25,237 nt of DNA from an uncultured archaeon (GTDB lineage: Archaea > Asgardarchaeota > Lokiarchaeia > Sigyniarchaeales > SOKP01): assembly GCA_964388035.1 (NCBI GenBank), contig CAYLZE010000073.1:1-25237 (forward strand), read 5' to 3'. This document shows, in pieces, positions 1-8,946 of this stretch. Every line of letters starts with the position of its first letter. The stretch's first letter is position 1. Under the pieces are notes generated by a model. It saw only the letters and a program-made list of their open reading frames with translations. It ran no database searches and had not been told where the DNA came from. A program made the position numbers and the translations under genes.

Positions 1-646
1 GCCCTCTTGGTGGTACTAACTTAAGAGCTTGTTCCTTCGCATGAGATAACAGTTGATCGTGAAGGACTACCTCATTTACCAATCCGAGACGTTTTGCCTC
101 TTCAGCTGTGATTTTGTCACCAAAATAGATGATTTCTTTTGCCTTTTGAAATCCTACATAAAAAGGAAGCACGAAGGAAAGTGAAAATTCCGGAATTACA
201 GCTCTTTTTACGAAATAAAATCCCAACCACGCATCATCCGCCATATAAATTAAATCCGCTCCAGCTAGAGGCATGGTAATTCCGGCACCCACCGCCAATC
301 CATTAATCGCCGCAATGACGGGTTTATTGAATTCCCAAAATGCCATGCATAATTTTTTTTGAGCAATATCCGTTAAATCAATTTCATCTAAGATCTCCTT
401 CGACCACTTTGTCACTGCATTCATATTAAAATATCCTCCCGAAGAAAAAGCATCTCCTTCCTCACTACCCGTAATGATAAGAACTCGAGCTTTCTTATCT
501 TTTTCCATGTCTTTTAATACCGTGTACATTTCAAGAAAGGTACGGAAAGACATTGCATTTCTTCTCTTGGGTTGATTAATCGTGATAGTACATATTCCGT
601 TCTCCTCTTTCTCGTAAATTATATCCTCAAAATCCTCTACATTCAT
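1..646 (-). CDS. Enoyl-CoA hydratase/isomerase (crotonase) family protein, 3' end runs off the window
   Basis: Not in the ORF track; translated by hand from ATG at 646: MNVEDFEDIIYEKEENGICTITINQPKRRNAMSF...ARVLIITGSEEGDAFSSGG...KPVIAAINGLAVGAGITMPLAGADLIYM...VIPE...KAKEIIYFGDKITAEEAKRLGLVNEV. These are classic crotonase motifs; the frame is open to the window edge. Confidence 0.93.
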   Translation of the reverse strand, partial: MNVEDFEDIIYEKEENGICTITINQPKRRNAMSFRTFLEMYTVLKDMEKDKKARVLIITGSEEGDAFSSGGYFNMNAVTKWSKEILDEIDLTDIAQKKLCMAFWEFNKPVIAAINGLAVGAGITMPLAGADLIYMADDAWLGFYFVKRAVIPEFSLSFVLPFYVGFQKAKEIIYFGDKITAEEAKRLGLVNEVVLHDQLLSHAKEQALKLVPPRG

Positions 647-941
647 TTTAAGTCCTAATGATTATAATTGTAAATGTAACATTTATACTGATAATATATT
701 ATTTTGTGGTACAGTAATATAATAGTTATTGTCAAACCATTAGTTAAAAAGCATCGGATTACCTAGATTAAACAGATAATATGAAAAAATTCGAGAAATA
801 TAAAATGATTCTATGACCTTGCTCCTAATAAATAGAGAGAGAGACATTAATTTTAAATAAGTTGTTAATTTGGTTTACCGAAGAAAACAAATCATTAAGT
901 TTTATAAAAAAATTAAGTAAAACAAAAAGAATTTAAATTTC

Positions 942-1736
942 TCAAAAAGGGTCAATTTTCATATAAGAATAGGGTTTAAATGCCTCGGAATCAACTTCTC
1001 CAACGATCTTTCCCGGTCGCATGGAATTATCTGAGACTAAATAGAGAGCCCCTAGCTCTCTCACTACTTCAATCTCACTCCATGGATCTTTTTCTGAAGG
1101 ATTTAATTTAACCTTTGCTTCACCGATATTCATGATACTTGGTTTCATGGTGATTTCTTCTCGCATGAGGCGGGGAGCAAAATCAAAACTGGTTAAATCG
1201 GGAGCTTGGAAATATTTGAAATTATACACGATAGAACTCGGTTTAGCGGGATTCAATCCCAATTGTAATAAAATTTTCATGGCATCTCCTGTATTTGGTT
1301 TATTCGTTAACTTTGCACTTGCTTCAAACACGCGGACTCCGTGCCTTTCAAACCAGCCTTCCACCCTGTCGCCCTCTTTTTTCACGTGCATTGTTGCAAA
1401 TTTTTTAGGATAGCCAAAAGTTTCCCTTCCTAAAATCAATGCAATATCATTATCTACGGGCATGGATAAACAATACATTCCCACGATACCTTTATATTCC
1501 GCAAAAATGAACAAAGCTGCTTCTTTATAAGTCACACCGAAATTTGTCTTTGGATAGTTCGCGACAAAGGCACTTGCAACGGGAATTTTTGCGGGTTTCA
1601 AGGGAGGCGGAAGCAATTTTTTAACAACCTCTTGTTTTGTTTCCCAATACGTCACTAACATTTCTGCATCATAAAAATCTCCCGATTCCATTTTGAAGCT
1701 TGTTTCCATTTCTTTTTTTGATTTAACAAATCCCAT
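942..1736 (-). CDS. Acetoacetate decarboxylase-like (ADC) family protein
   Basis: LLPPPLKP, YKEAALF and GRETFGYPKK (GRExxGxPK with the Schiff-base Lys), plus SEKDPW; GGGAG SD-like element upstream. Confidence 0.88.
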   Translation of the reverse strand: MGFVKSKKEMETSFKMESGDFYDAEMLVTYWETKQEVVKKLLPPPLKPAKIPVASAFVANYPKTNFGVTYKEAALFIFAEYKGIVGMYCLSMPVDNDIALILGRETFGYPKKFATMHVKKEGDRVEGWFERHGVRVFEASAKLTNKPNTGDAMKILLQLGLNPAKPSSIVYNFKYFQAPDLTSFDFAPRLMREEITMKPSIMNIGEAKVKLNPSEKDPWSEIEVVRELGALYLVSDNSMRPGKIVGEVDSEAFKPYSYMKIDPF

Positions 1737-1932
1737 TTGAATTCTCCCATTATTTTCAATTGATGGCTAAATATAAATTGTTTCTGTATCTTTATGAATC
1801 TTTCCATTGATAACCTTCACTATGCATTTATTAATAAAGATCTACTTATTCCTCAAGAAGAAAAGAATTAATAATGAACGTGATTAACAACAATATATAG
1901 AGATATCTAAAAACCATTTATTTGATCTAGTA

Positions 1933-3468
1933 ATGTCTAAAATAAAAGAAGCATATGGAGAATTAGAGGGGGTATTGGGAGGAGAATTTATCACAGATAA
2001 GGATTTCATGAAAGCAGCTTATTCCCGAAACGTTGACCCTGCATTTCCCGATAGATGGGCAGATATGATTGTTCGTCCGGAATCAACAGAAGAAATCTCC
2101 AAAATAGTTCAGATTGCAAATAAATATAAAATTCCCATGGTCCCAAGGGGCGGAGGTGCCGATTTAGTGGGAGGATCGGTTACGAAAGGAGGAATTCTCA
2201 TCGATCTCACGCGCATGAACCACATCCTTGAAATTAATGAAGAAAATTATTATTGTGAAGTGGAATGTGGAATCACGTGGGGGGCTTTACTTTCAGAATT
2301 ACAAAAGAAAGGGCTAACCACGGGAGTGCTCGGTCCGGGGAGCGGTTATTCTGCAACTATAGGAGGAGGTTTATCGAATAGTACAGCAGGTTTTGGCTCT
2401 ACAAAATACGGTTTGGTACCGGATATATGCTTGGGAGTCGAAGTAGTATTGCCCAACCCAGAAGGCACAATAATTAAAACGGGAGCCGCATCGAGCAAGT
2501 TTGCGAAACCATTTTGTAGATACGGAGTGGCTCCCGACTTCACGGGATTATTCATGGGGGATGTGGGCACCCTTGGAATTAAAACTAAAGCTTCTTTAAA
2601 ATTATTTCCCGATCCACCCTATAAGGTTCAAAAGCTTTATATTTTAAATAAAAATGATTATGAAGTAGTATTTAAATTAATGCACCTCTTAAGAAAAAGG
2701 ATTTCCGATGGACTCCATGATCTTTTAGTTGTACCCTTGAGAGTCGTCCAAATGATGAATTTCATGGCAGAAAATAAACCCGCGAATAAAGCACGATTGA
2801 AAGGTCCCGTTTTTACCATCCTGCTGGAAGCTAGCGATCAGAGAATATTAGAAAGGTACGCAGAGATTTCCGATGAAATCATGAAAGACAATTCCAGACC
2901 ATTCGAATGGAGAGAAATAGATTTAGATGCCGAATTATCGGGTGAATGGAAATTCAATTTGAAATATGCATTTAATTATTTTAATAAGTATATTTCCATT
3001 GTCCCTAAAAAGATATCTTGTACCACGTGCCATAAGATCGAGCTAACTGCACTGCCAGAAATAGAAAAATCAAGCGTGAATTTTGACAGGCAGCATCTTA
3101 AGGACTTTCCCCCAGAATCGATTTCGCTTTTTGCAACCGTGATTTTCCTATTACCGAATGGAAATTGCGTGGTGGTGGGTGGATTCAATGCTGATAATGT
3201 GGACGAGCAACGTGAAGGCGCGATGAAATTGTGGCACGAGAAATTGAGACATCAAGTTAAATACGGCGGAGTACATTACTGGTTGGGAGAAGCTATTTCC
3301 CAATCCATCGTTGAAGCGGACGCTTATACTCCCGAATTCATTCAATTTTTCAAAGACATTAAGAAAACAGTAGATCCGAATTTTTTACTAAGCCCAAAAA
3401 AATTTCACATGTATAGCTATGAAGATGATATGAAAAAATACATAATTAAAGAGGAATCACCAAGATAA
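1933..3468 (+). CDS. FAD-binding oxidoreductase (VAO/PCMH fold; GlcD/D-lactate dehydrogenase-like)
   Basis: VRPESTEEIS, PRGGGADLVGGS, IDLTRMNHILEI, ATIGG, GTLGI and C-terminal KKTVDPNFLLSP motifs. Confidence 0.88.
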   Translation: MSKIKEAYGELEGVLGGEFITDKDFMKAAYSRNVDPAFPDRWADMIVRPESTEEISKIVQIANKYKIPMVPRGGGADLVGGSVTKGGILIDLTRMNHILEINEENYYCEVECGITWGALLSELQKKGLTTGVLGPGSGYSATIGGGLSNSTAGFGSTKYGLVPDICLGVEVVLPNPEGTIIKTGAASSKFAKPFCRYGVAPDFTGLFMGDVGTLGIKTKASLKLFPDPPYKVQKLYILNKNDYEVVFKLMHLLRKRISDGLHDLLVVPLRVVQMMNFMAENKPANKARLKGPVFTILLEASDQRILERYAEISDEIMKDNSRPFEWREIDLDAELSGEWKFNLKYAFNYFNKYISIVPKKISCTTCHKIELTALPEIEKSSVNFDRQHLKDFPPESISLFATVIFLLPNGNCVVVGGFNADNVDEQREGAMKLWHEKLRHQVKYGGVHYWLGEAISQSIVEADAYTPEFIQFFKDIKKTVDPNFLLSPKKFHMYSYEDDMKKYIIKEESPR

Positions 3469-3720
3469 ATTCGGAAAGGAATCAGAATAGTGAAGTATCA
3501 TTCGTGACCTTTCTCAACTTAATTCAGCAAGTTTAAATTATTGTGCTTTTTAAGCTCTTTTTGTCTTTCTCAGGAGATTTTAAAATAGGATTCATTTAAT
3601 AAGATTCAATCCACAGAGAAAAATAAGAAGGTCTGACTTTTTTTAGTTGGGCCTTGTTATTTCAAAGGCAAAGAGTCTACTGAAAGGTAAGAATCTTCTA
3701 ATAATGAACACATAAAATTA

Positions 3721-4830
3721 TTATTTATATTTATGGACACCTCTACTCGTGCTAATTTTAAAGGCTTCTCCCCCACAGGTTTCCATTACCTTTTTCATTA
3801 TTGTTTTCTTATGGGGGGCGAGTGCAAACATGGTTCCTCCAAATCCAGAACCATTAATCTTTGCACCTAATGCTCCTGAATCCAGGCAAGCTTTAATAAT
3901 GGTATCAATTTTTTTAGTCGATACCTTGATATTGTTTTTAAGTTGGTACTGATGTCTATTTAATAAATTTCCTAAAGTCTTATAAAAATAAGTATCTCTT
4001 TTCATATTTAAATGACGAGCCTCCTTGCGGTTATCATGATTTTGGATTAATTTTAAGGCATTTGAAGTTAAATCTCTATTAATGATATTTCCAAGAATTT
4101 TTTCTTGATAATTAAGAGCCAATTTTGGTAATGCATCCTCCAAGTCTTTGAGAGTACTAACATGTATATTGAAGCCAGGGAAAAGATCTTTTAAAGCGGT
4201 GAAGGATTCAATCGATAAGGATTTCGTTTTCCTTAAATCTTCAACCGTTTCTTTTTTTTCCTTTGAATTACCCAAAACCAAGCCTTTGAGTTTTAATGGA
4301 ATTTCAATTAATTTTGGATGGGATTCCGTGGGTTCTAAATAAATCATTTTTCCAAATACGGACGTGAAGAAATCCATCTTACCTCCGGATTCCCCGAACT
4401 CCCTTACTTCCGTGTTATATCCTTCAAGAGCGAGTTCGTATTTAGTTAAGGGAAAACCACAAAGAAGATTTAGAAAGTATAACCAGGAAATTACGAGGGC
4501 AGATGAACTTGATGCCCCCGCATTAATTGGAATGTCTCCCGATATTGTAATGTTGTAACCCTTATTGAATTTAAAGCCCTTTCTAATAAATTGATTATAT
4601 CCGCTTTTGATATAATCCCGTTTAGAAGAATATTCCAGTTCTTGATTGTTTAAGGGAATTTCCAAGAAATCTCCTATATCAGGAAAATCAATAATAAATT
4701 TTGAACGAGTATTCTTGGCAGCCCTTAAATAAATATATTTTGAAATCGCCATTGCAATCACGGGCAAACCTAAATAATCTTGATGTTCTCCGAAAAGGCA
4801 AATTCTACCCGGTGCTTTTATTTTAATCAT
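3721..4830 (-). CDS. GHMP kinase, galactokinase-like
   Basis: APGRICLFGEHQDY (galactokinase signature), PINAGASSSSA ATP loop, GAKINGSGFGG. Confidence 0.88.
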   Translation of the reverse strand: MIKIKAPGRICLFGEHQDYLGLPVIAMAISKYIYLRAAKNTRSKFIIDFPDIGDFLEIPLNNQELEYSSKRDYIKSGYNQFIRKGFKFNKGYNITISGDIPINAGASSSSALVISWLYFLNLLCGFPLTKYELALEGYNTEVREFGESGGKMDFFTSVFGKMIYLEPTESHPKLIEIPLKLKGLVLGNSKEKKETVEDLRKTKSLSIESFTALKDLFPGFNIHVSTLKDLEDALPKLALNYQEKILGNIINRDLTSNALKLIQNHDNRKEARHLNMKRDTYFYKTLGNLLNRHQYQLKNNIKVSTKKIDTIIKACLDSGALGAKINGSGFGGTMFALAPHKKTIMKKVMETCGGEAFKISTSRGVHKYK

Positions 4831-4905
4831 TATTCTATCTTTTAAGTTATTAAAAAAACAAGATAATAGTTATGGTAAAATAACCCAGATAAAAATATAA
4901 TGTGC

Positions 4906-5247
4906 TTATAAGTAAGGAATAATACAAATAAATGCAAGGGTTTCTTTACCGTCATTTATTATCCCATGGGGTTCATTTGGAGGAATATAAATCACATCAT
5001 TAGGCTTCACGTTTACTTTATTCTTTTTATCATCGATGAATTCTGCAGTGCCTTGGAGAATGAATACTTGATGATCTTCGGGATGAGCATGAATCCCCAC
5101 TTGTCCTCCCGGTTGAATTTCAAAGCGTCGAGTTGCTTCATATTTAGCACCATCCTCTTTGGTTATTAACCACCGAACTGTCGTTTTCGTGGAATTTGCT
5201 TTTGTTACTTCTTCTTCTTTTACATCTAACATGCTTTTTTTAATCAT
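4906..5247 (-). CDS. Cupin domain protein
   Basis: Motif 1 HAHPEDHQVFILQG and motif 2 DVIYIPPNEPHGIIN; GGTGG SD-like element upstream. Confidence 0.9.
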   Translation of the reverse strand: MIKKSMLDVKEEEVTKANSTKTTVRWLITKEDGAKYEATRRFEIQPGGQVGIHAHPEDHQVFILQGTAEFIDDKKNKVNVKPNDVIYIPPNEPHGIINDGKETLAFICIIPYL

Positions 5248-5397
5248 TGGTAAAAACCACCTATAAAAGAGAATAGGATTTCAAAAAAATAAAATTTTAG
5301 CAAAAAAGAAAAATCCTATTTAGTTTGCTTTAAAATAGCTCGTTATTTTCGAATGGCTTGATGTTACATGAAATTAAATGGAGAACTTAATAAAAAA

Positions 5398-6705
5398 TTA
5401 TAACATTTGAAAGATGCGCCTTAAAGCATAACTCATGAGTAATTGCTGAATTTGCCTCGTTCCTCCGCCCATTTCTTGTATTCTAGAGATTCCCACGAGA
5501 TCTTGCATCAATGTATTATCGCAAGCCCCTGCTCCTCCCATCAAATTCATGCATTCATAGCACACTCGCTCTGTCAATTTTGCGGATTGAGACTTTAATT
5601 GAGCCGCATTAGCACCTAAGGCTAAATTTAAATTCTTAGGCAAAGTCCCTTTATATTGTTCCATTTTCTTATCAATTATTTGACAGATGTGCAGGGTCGC
5701 TAAAGTGAGATTCATAGTTTTAGCCCAACTATCTGCTAGAGGAAATCCCACACCCTGGTATTTCAAAATTTCTTGGTCAAACTGCCTGCGCATGTTAGCA
5801 TAAATAGCAGCATGGGAAAGAGCATTCCAAGCTTCCGAAATATTTAGGATTACAATCCCCAGTCTTTCCAGATTCAGTCCTTCAAAAAGATGCTCTCTTC
5901 CCTGTCCGGGTTGAGCAAGGACATATTCTTTAGGTACTCTAAGATTGGTGATTGTTTCTCTTCCCACGTGCATTCGCGGGGTCCAAGGAATATTCACCCT
6001 TTCTGCTTGCCATCCTTCCCAGGAAGTGTCGATTAAGAACTGTCCCATGGTATTTCCGTTGTTCTTTTCAGCGACAGCATATAGCACGGCCCAATCCGCT
6101 TTTGAGCCATTGGTTTGGTAAATCTTTTGCCCTGTAATGATAAAACTTCCATCTTCTTGTTGTTTACAGGTAGTTTGCATGTGCACCGCATCAGAACCTC
6201 GTTCAGGTTCCGTGATACAAATGCATCCAATCTTTTGTCCCGTAACCAATTCCTTAAGGACTTTTAATCGAATATCCACGTTTTCGTGATGAAGGAGCAA
6301 GGGATTCACCGCAAGGACTGTGGCCCCCATTCCCATCGCAAGTTGTGGATCGAAAAAATCCGTTGAAATCGTTCTAACCAATTCTGCGGTCATTCCGTGA
6401 GGCTGGTAATCCATTCCTATAACGTCAAATTTATTTACTCGAGTTACTAATCCTTCTTTTCCAATTCTGGGAATCCATGGATAAAAATCTTCCTTATGGG
6501 TAATTTCCAGCTCCTTTTCCAGATTTATATAAAATTTTTGAGCTGCTTTCAAAAAATCAAGATACTCATCATCCAAAACAGACATCAAATTCAGGTTAAG
6601 GAATTTATATCTATTTTTTAAGCTCATTTTTTTTAATATATCATCTGAAATGCATTGCACCCAAAAACTTTCCTTCTCCTTTTTTTGATCTTTTTCACTT
6701 TCCAT
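5398..6705 (-). CDS. Acyl-CoA dehydrogenase family protein
   Basis: CITEPERGSD, GQKIYQTNG, RRQFDQEILKYQGV, MGGAG, GGGTRQIQ. Start placed at ATG 6705 (MESEK) rather than the TTG at 6747 in the track; the start is uncertain. Confidence 0.92.
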   Translation of the reverse strand: MESEKDQKKEKESFWVQCISDDILKKMSLKNRYKFLNLNLMSVLDDEYLDFLKAAQKFYINLEKELEITHKEDFYPWIPRIGKEGLVTRVNKFDVIGMDYQPHGMTAELVRTISTDFFDPQLAMGMGATVLAVNPLLLHHENVDIRLKVLKELVTGQKIGCICITEPERGSDAVHMQTTCKQQEDGSFIITGQKIYQTNGSKADWAVLYAVAEKNNGNTMGQFLIDTSWEGWQAERVNIPWTPRMHVGRETITNLRVPKEYVLAQPGQGREHLFEGLNLERLGIVILNISEAWNALSHAAIYANMRRQFDQEILKYQGVGFPLADSWAKTMNLTLATLHICQIIDKKMEQYKGTLPKNLNLALGANAAQLKSQSAKLTERVCYECMNLMGGAGACDNTLMQDLVGISRIQEMGGGTRQIQQLLMSYALRRIFQML

Positions 6706-6880
6706 AATGATCTTTTCTTTTTTTATCCTTATAAATTCTCCAATCAAAATTAGTAAGCAAAAAATTCACATTTATTTTAGAAAATTGGGATTAAAAAATA
6801 AAAGACAACAAATAACTAGGGTTTAAAAATTATTGGTGAACTTAGAATATTTAATATTTAAAAATAAGACTAAAAAAAAT

Positions 6881-6985
6881 TTAATATTGAGCTAAATTGA
6901 ATCCTCGGGGAAGATAACGGCCTATCTTTTCCCACCAGCTTTCTTTTTCTTCTTTTTTTTCTTTCTTTACTTCTTTTTGGGACAT
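6881..6985 (-). CDS. Putative 34-aa small protein MSQKEVKKEKKEEKESWWEKIGRYLPRGFNLAQY
   Basis: ATG 6985 to TAA 6881. AAAGAGG SD-like element ~8 nt upstream and TATATATAAAA about 25-35 nt upstream. Purine-rich, coding-like strand bias; same strand as both neighbours. Confidence 0.6.
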   Translation of the reverse strand: MSQKEVKKEKKEEKESWWEKIGRYLPRGFNLAQY

Positions 6986-7022
6986 AAATATTTCCTCTTT
7001 AATTGTAGTTTTATATATATAC
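6986..7022 (-). promoter_or_regulatory. Putative archaeal TATA box plus SD for the small ORF
   Basis: Minus strand reads TATATATATAAAACTACAATTAAAGAGGAAATATTT-ATG. Confidence 0.4.
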
Positions 7023-7189
7023 TTTAGAATCTTAATTATAATCTAGTAAGAAGCATATAATAAAATGCGGATAACAAATAATAATATTTTTTACTTATTT
7101 TTTTTATTGAATTAGGTGAGCCTCAAAAAATATTGATAGAATTTAAATTCCCAGCACGAGAAGTTATGCACTCAAATGTTTATTTTAGG

Positions 7190-7227
7190 AGAAAAAAAAA
7201 ATAAAAATGAATATAATGAAAGAAAAA
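7190..7227 (-). terminator. Oligo-T tract, putative archaeal intrinsic terminator of the acyl-CoA ligase gene
   Basis: Minus strand TTTTTC directly after the stop, then TTTTTATTTTTTTTTTC within 40 nt. Confidence 0.35.
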
Positions 7228-8946
7228 TTAACTTGACCTTAATGCTTTTTTATCGACTTTTCCAACTACCGTAAGAGGAATATCCGGAACGATCTCAATG
7301 ATTTTGGGGACTTTATATTTGGCTAAATTTTCTTTGGCATAATTTAAAATATCCCCTTTAATCTCATCAGATGGTTTTATTCCTTCTTTTAGCTTCACGT
7401 ATAATTTTACTATTTCCGATCCCGGACGATCTGGATCTGGTATTCCCACGCAGGATGCTAACTCTATGGAAGGATGCTTGTTCATTTTATCATCCACTTC
7501 CACGCTAAAAACCTTGAATCCCGAAACGATGATCATGTCCTTGGTTCGATCTACTATTTTTATGAAACCATCTTCATCCATCATCCCTACATCGCCAGTA
7601 TAAAAAAAGCCCTCTCGAAGCGCGTTTTTGGTCTCTTCGGACTTATTCCAATAGCCTTTAAAGACCTGAGGTCCTCGTACCGCTATTTCTCCCGCTTCAT
7701 TGAGGGGAACCTCTTCACTTTTATCAGAAACGTTCACAATTTTAACTTCCGTGTTCGAAACGGGAGTTCCCACCCATCCGATTTTTCTTTTCCCTAAATA
7801 GGGATTCATTGTAACGATGGGGGCGGCTTCTGTCATGCCATATACTTCTAATAATTTATGTTCTCCAACGATTGATTCAAATTCCTTTATGGATTCAGAA
7901 GGAAATGGGGCTGCTCCTGAAACATAAACTCTTATGGAACTCAAATCAAGTTGCTTGAATTTAGGTTCTTGCATTAGCATTAGATAAAGAGTGGGGACAT
8001 TAACTAATATTTGCGGTTTCCATTTTTCAATTAATTTGACCATGTGGGAGGTATCCCGGGGATTAGCTATAAGTAATTGACAACTTGCATAGGCAATTGC
8101 TCCCAGATTCATGAAAAGTCCAGCCAAATGAAAGAATGGAAAACCGGATAAGAAGATATCCTTTCCCTTTTCGACGTCTACTTCCCACCAATGCGTGACT
8201 TGCCGGATATTTGCAATTTCATTTTCATGGGTTAGCATGGCTCCTTTAGATTTTCCCGTAGTACCCCCCGTATATTGTAAAAACGCTAAGTCTTTTTTTG
8301 GGTCAATTTTTACATCGGGAGCTTTATCATTTGGATATTCCATTGTTTTTTTAAACTGAACGAGGTTGATTCCATTAATTGGCTTAATTTCTTTGGCGTA
8401 TGGTATTTTATTTAGTTTTTTCCCTAAAAATTTGAGGAGTGGATTTAATTTAATCATATCCGTAACATTCGTAGTAATGACCGTTCTCACGTTTGTCTTT
8501 CCGGAAGCTAAAGCATCTCTTATTGATTCTTCATAAAACGCATCCAATGTTAGCACGACGACTGCACCACAGTCTGACAATTGGTATATCATTTCAGCGG
8601 AAGATAATAAAAAATTCATTCCCGATACTATTAATCCTGAATAGAAAGCGCCGAATAACGCTATTACGTATTGAGGGCAGTTAGGCATGCTTATTGCTAA
8701 TACATCTCCCTTCTTAAACCCGTTTTCTACCAAAAAATTTGCGAAACTTTTAACATGAGTATCGACTTCTTTATAGGTTGCTGTAGTACCCGTAAATTCA
8801 TAACAAAGAGAATCTGGATATTCTGTTGCTGAATTTTTTAAGATGTCCGCAAGAGATATATTATTCCATTGAACTTGAGGTCTTACTTCATTATCATAAG
8901 ATTTAATCCAAATTTTGGATGCATAGGGTGATTTTTCTAATTCCAT
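7228..8946 (-). CDS. Long-chain fatty acid--CoA ligase (FadD-like)
   Basis: LQYTGGTTGKSKG P-loop, YGMTE, RGPQVFKGYW, YTGD, DRTKDMIIVSG, GKVDKKAL. Likely start at ATG 8946 (MELEKSPY); the track start is 9003. Confidence 0.93.
   Translation of the reverse strand: MELEKSPYASKIWIKSYDNEVRPQVQWNNISLADILKNSATEYPDSLCYEFTGTTATYKEVDTHVKSFANFLVENGFKKGDVLAISMPNCPQYVIALFGAFYSGLIVSGMNFLLSSAEMIYQLSDCGAVVVLTLDAFYEESIRDALASGKTNVRTVITTNVTDMIKLNPLLKFLGKKLNKIPYAKEIKPINGINLVQFKKTMEYPNDKAPDVKIDPKKDLAFLQYTGGTTGKSKGAMLTHENEIANIRQVTHWWEVDVEKGKDIFLSGFPFFHLAGLFMNLGAIAYASCQLLIANPRDTSHMVKLIEKWKPQILVNVPTLYLMLMQEPKFKQLDLSSIRVYVSGAAPFPSESIKEFESIVGEHKLLEVYGMTEAAPIVTMNPYLGKRKIGWVGTPVSNTEVKIVNVSDKSEEVPLNEAGEIAVRGPQVFKGYWNKSEETKNALREGFFYTGDVGMMDEDGFIKIVDRTKDMIIVSGFKVFSVEVDDKMNKHPSIELASCVGIPDPDRPGSEIVKLYVKLKEGIKPSDEIKGDILNYAKENLAKYKVPKIIEIVPDIPLTVVGKVDKKALRSS

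Noticed and set aside
834-844. (AG)n microsatellite AGAGAGAGAGA
   Set aside because: Only 11 nt, intergenic; compatible with chance.
3469-3720. Tiny minus-strand ORFs (18-20 codons) between the converging genes
   Set aside because: No convincing SD or recognisable sequence.
1132-8684. Short antisense or alternate-frame ORFs in the track (1132, 2346, 2976, 3151, 3749, 4148, 4364, 4966, 5952, 6033, 7474, 8493)
   Set aside because: All lie inside well-supported genes and show no motifs; shadow ORFs.
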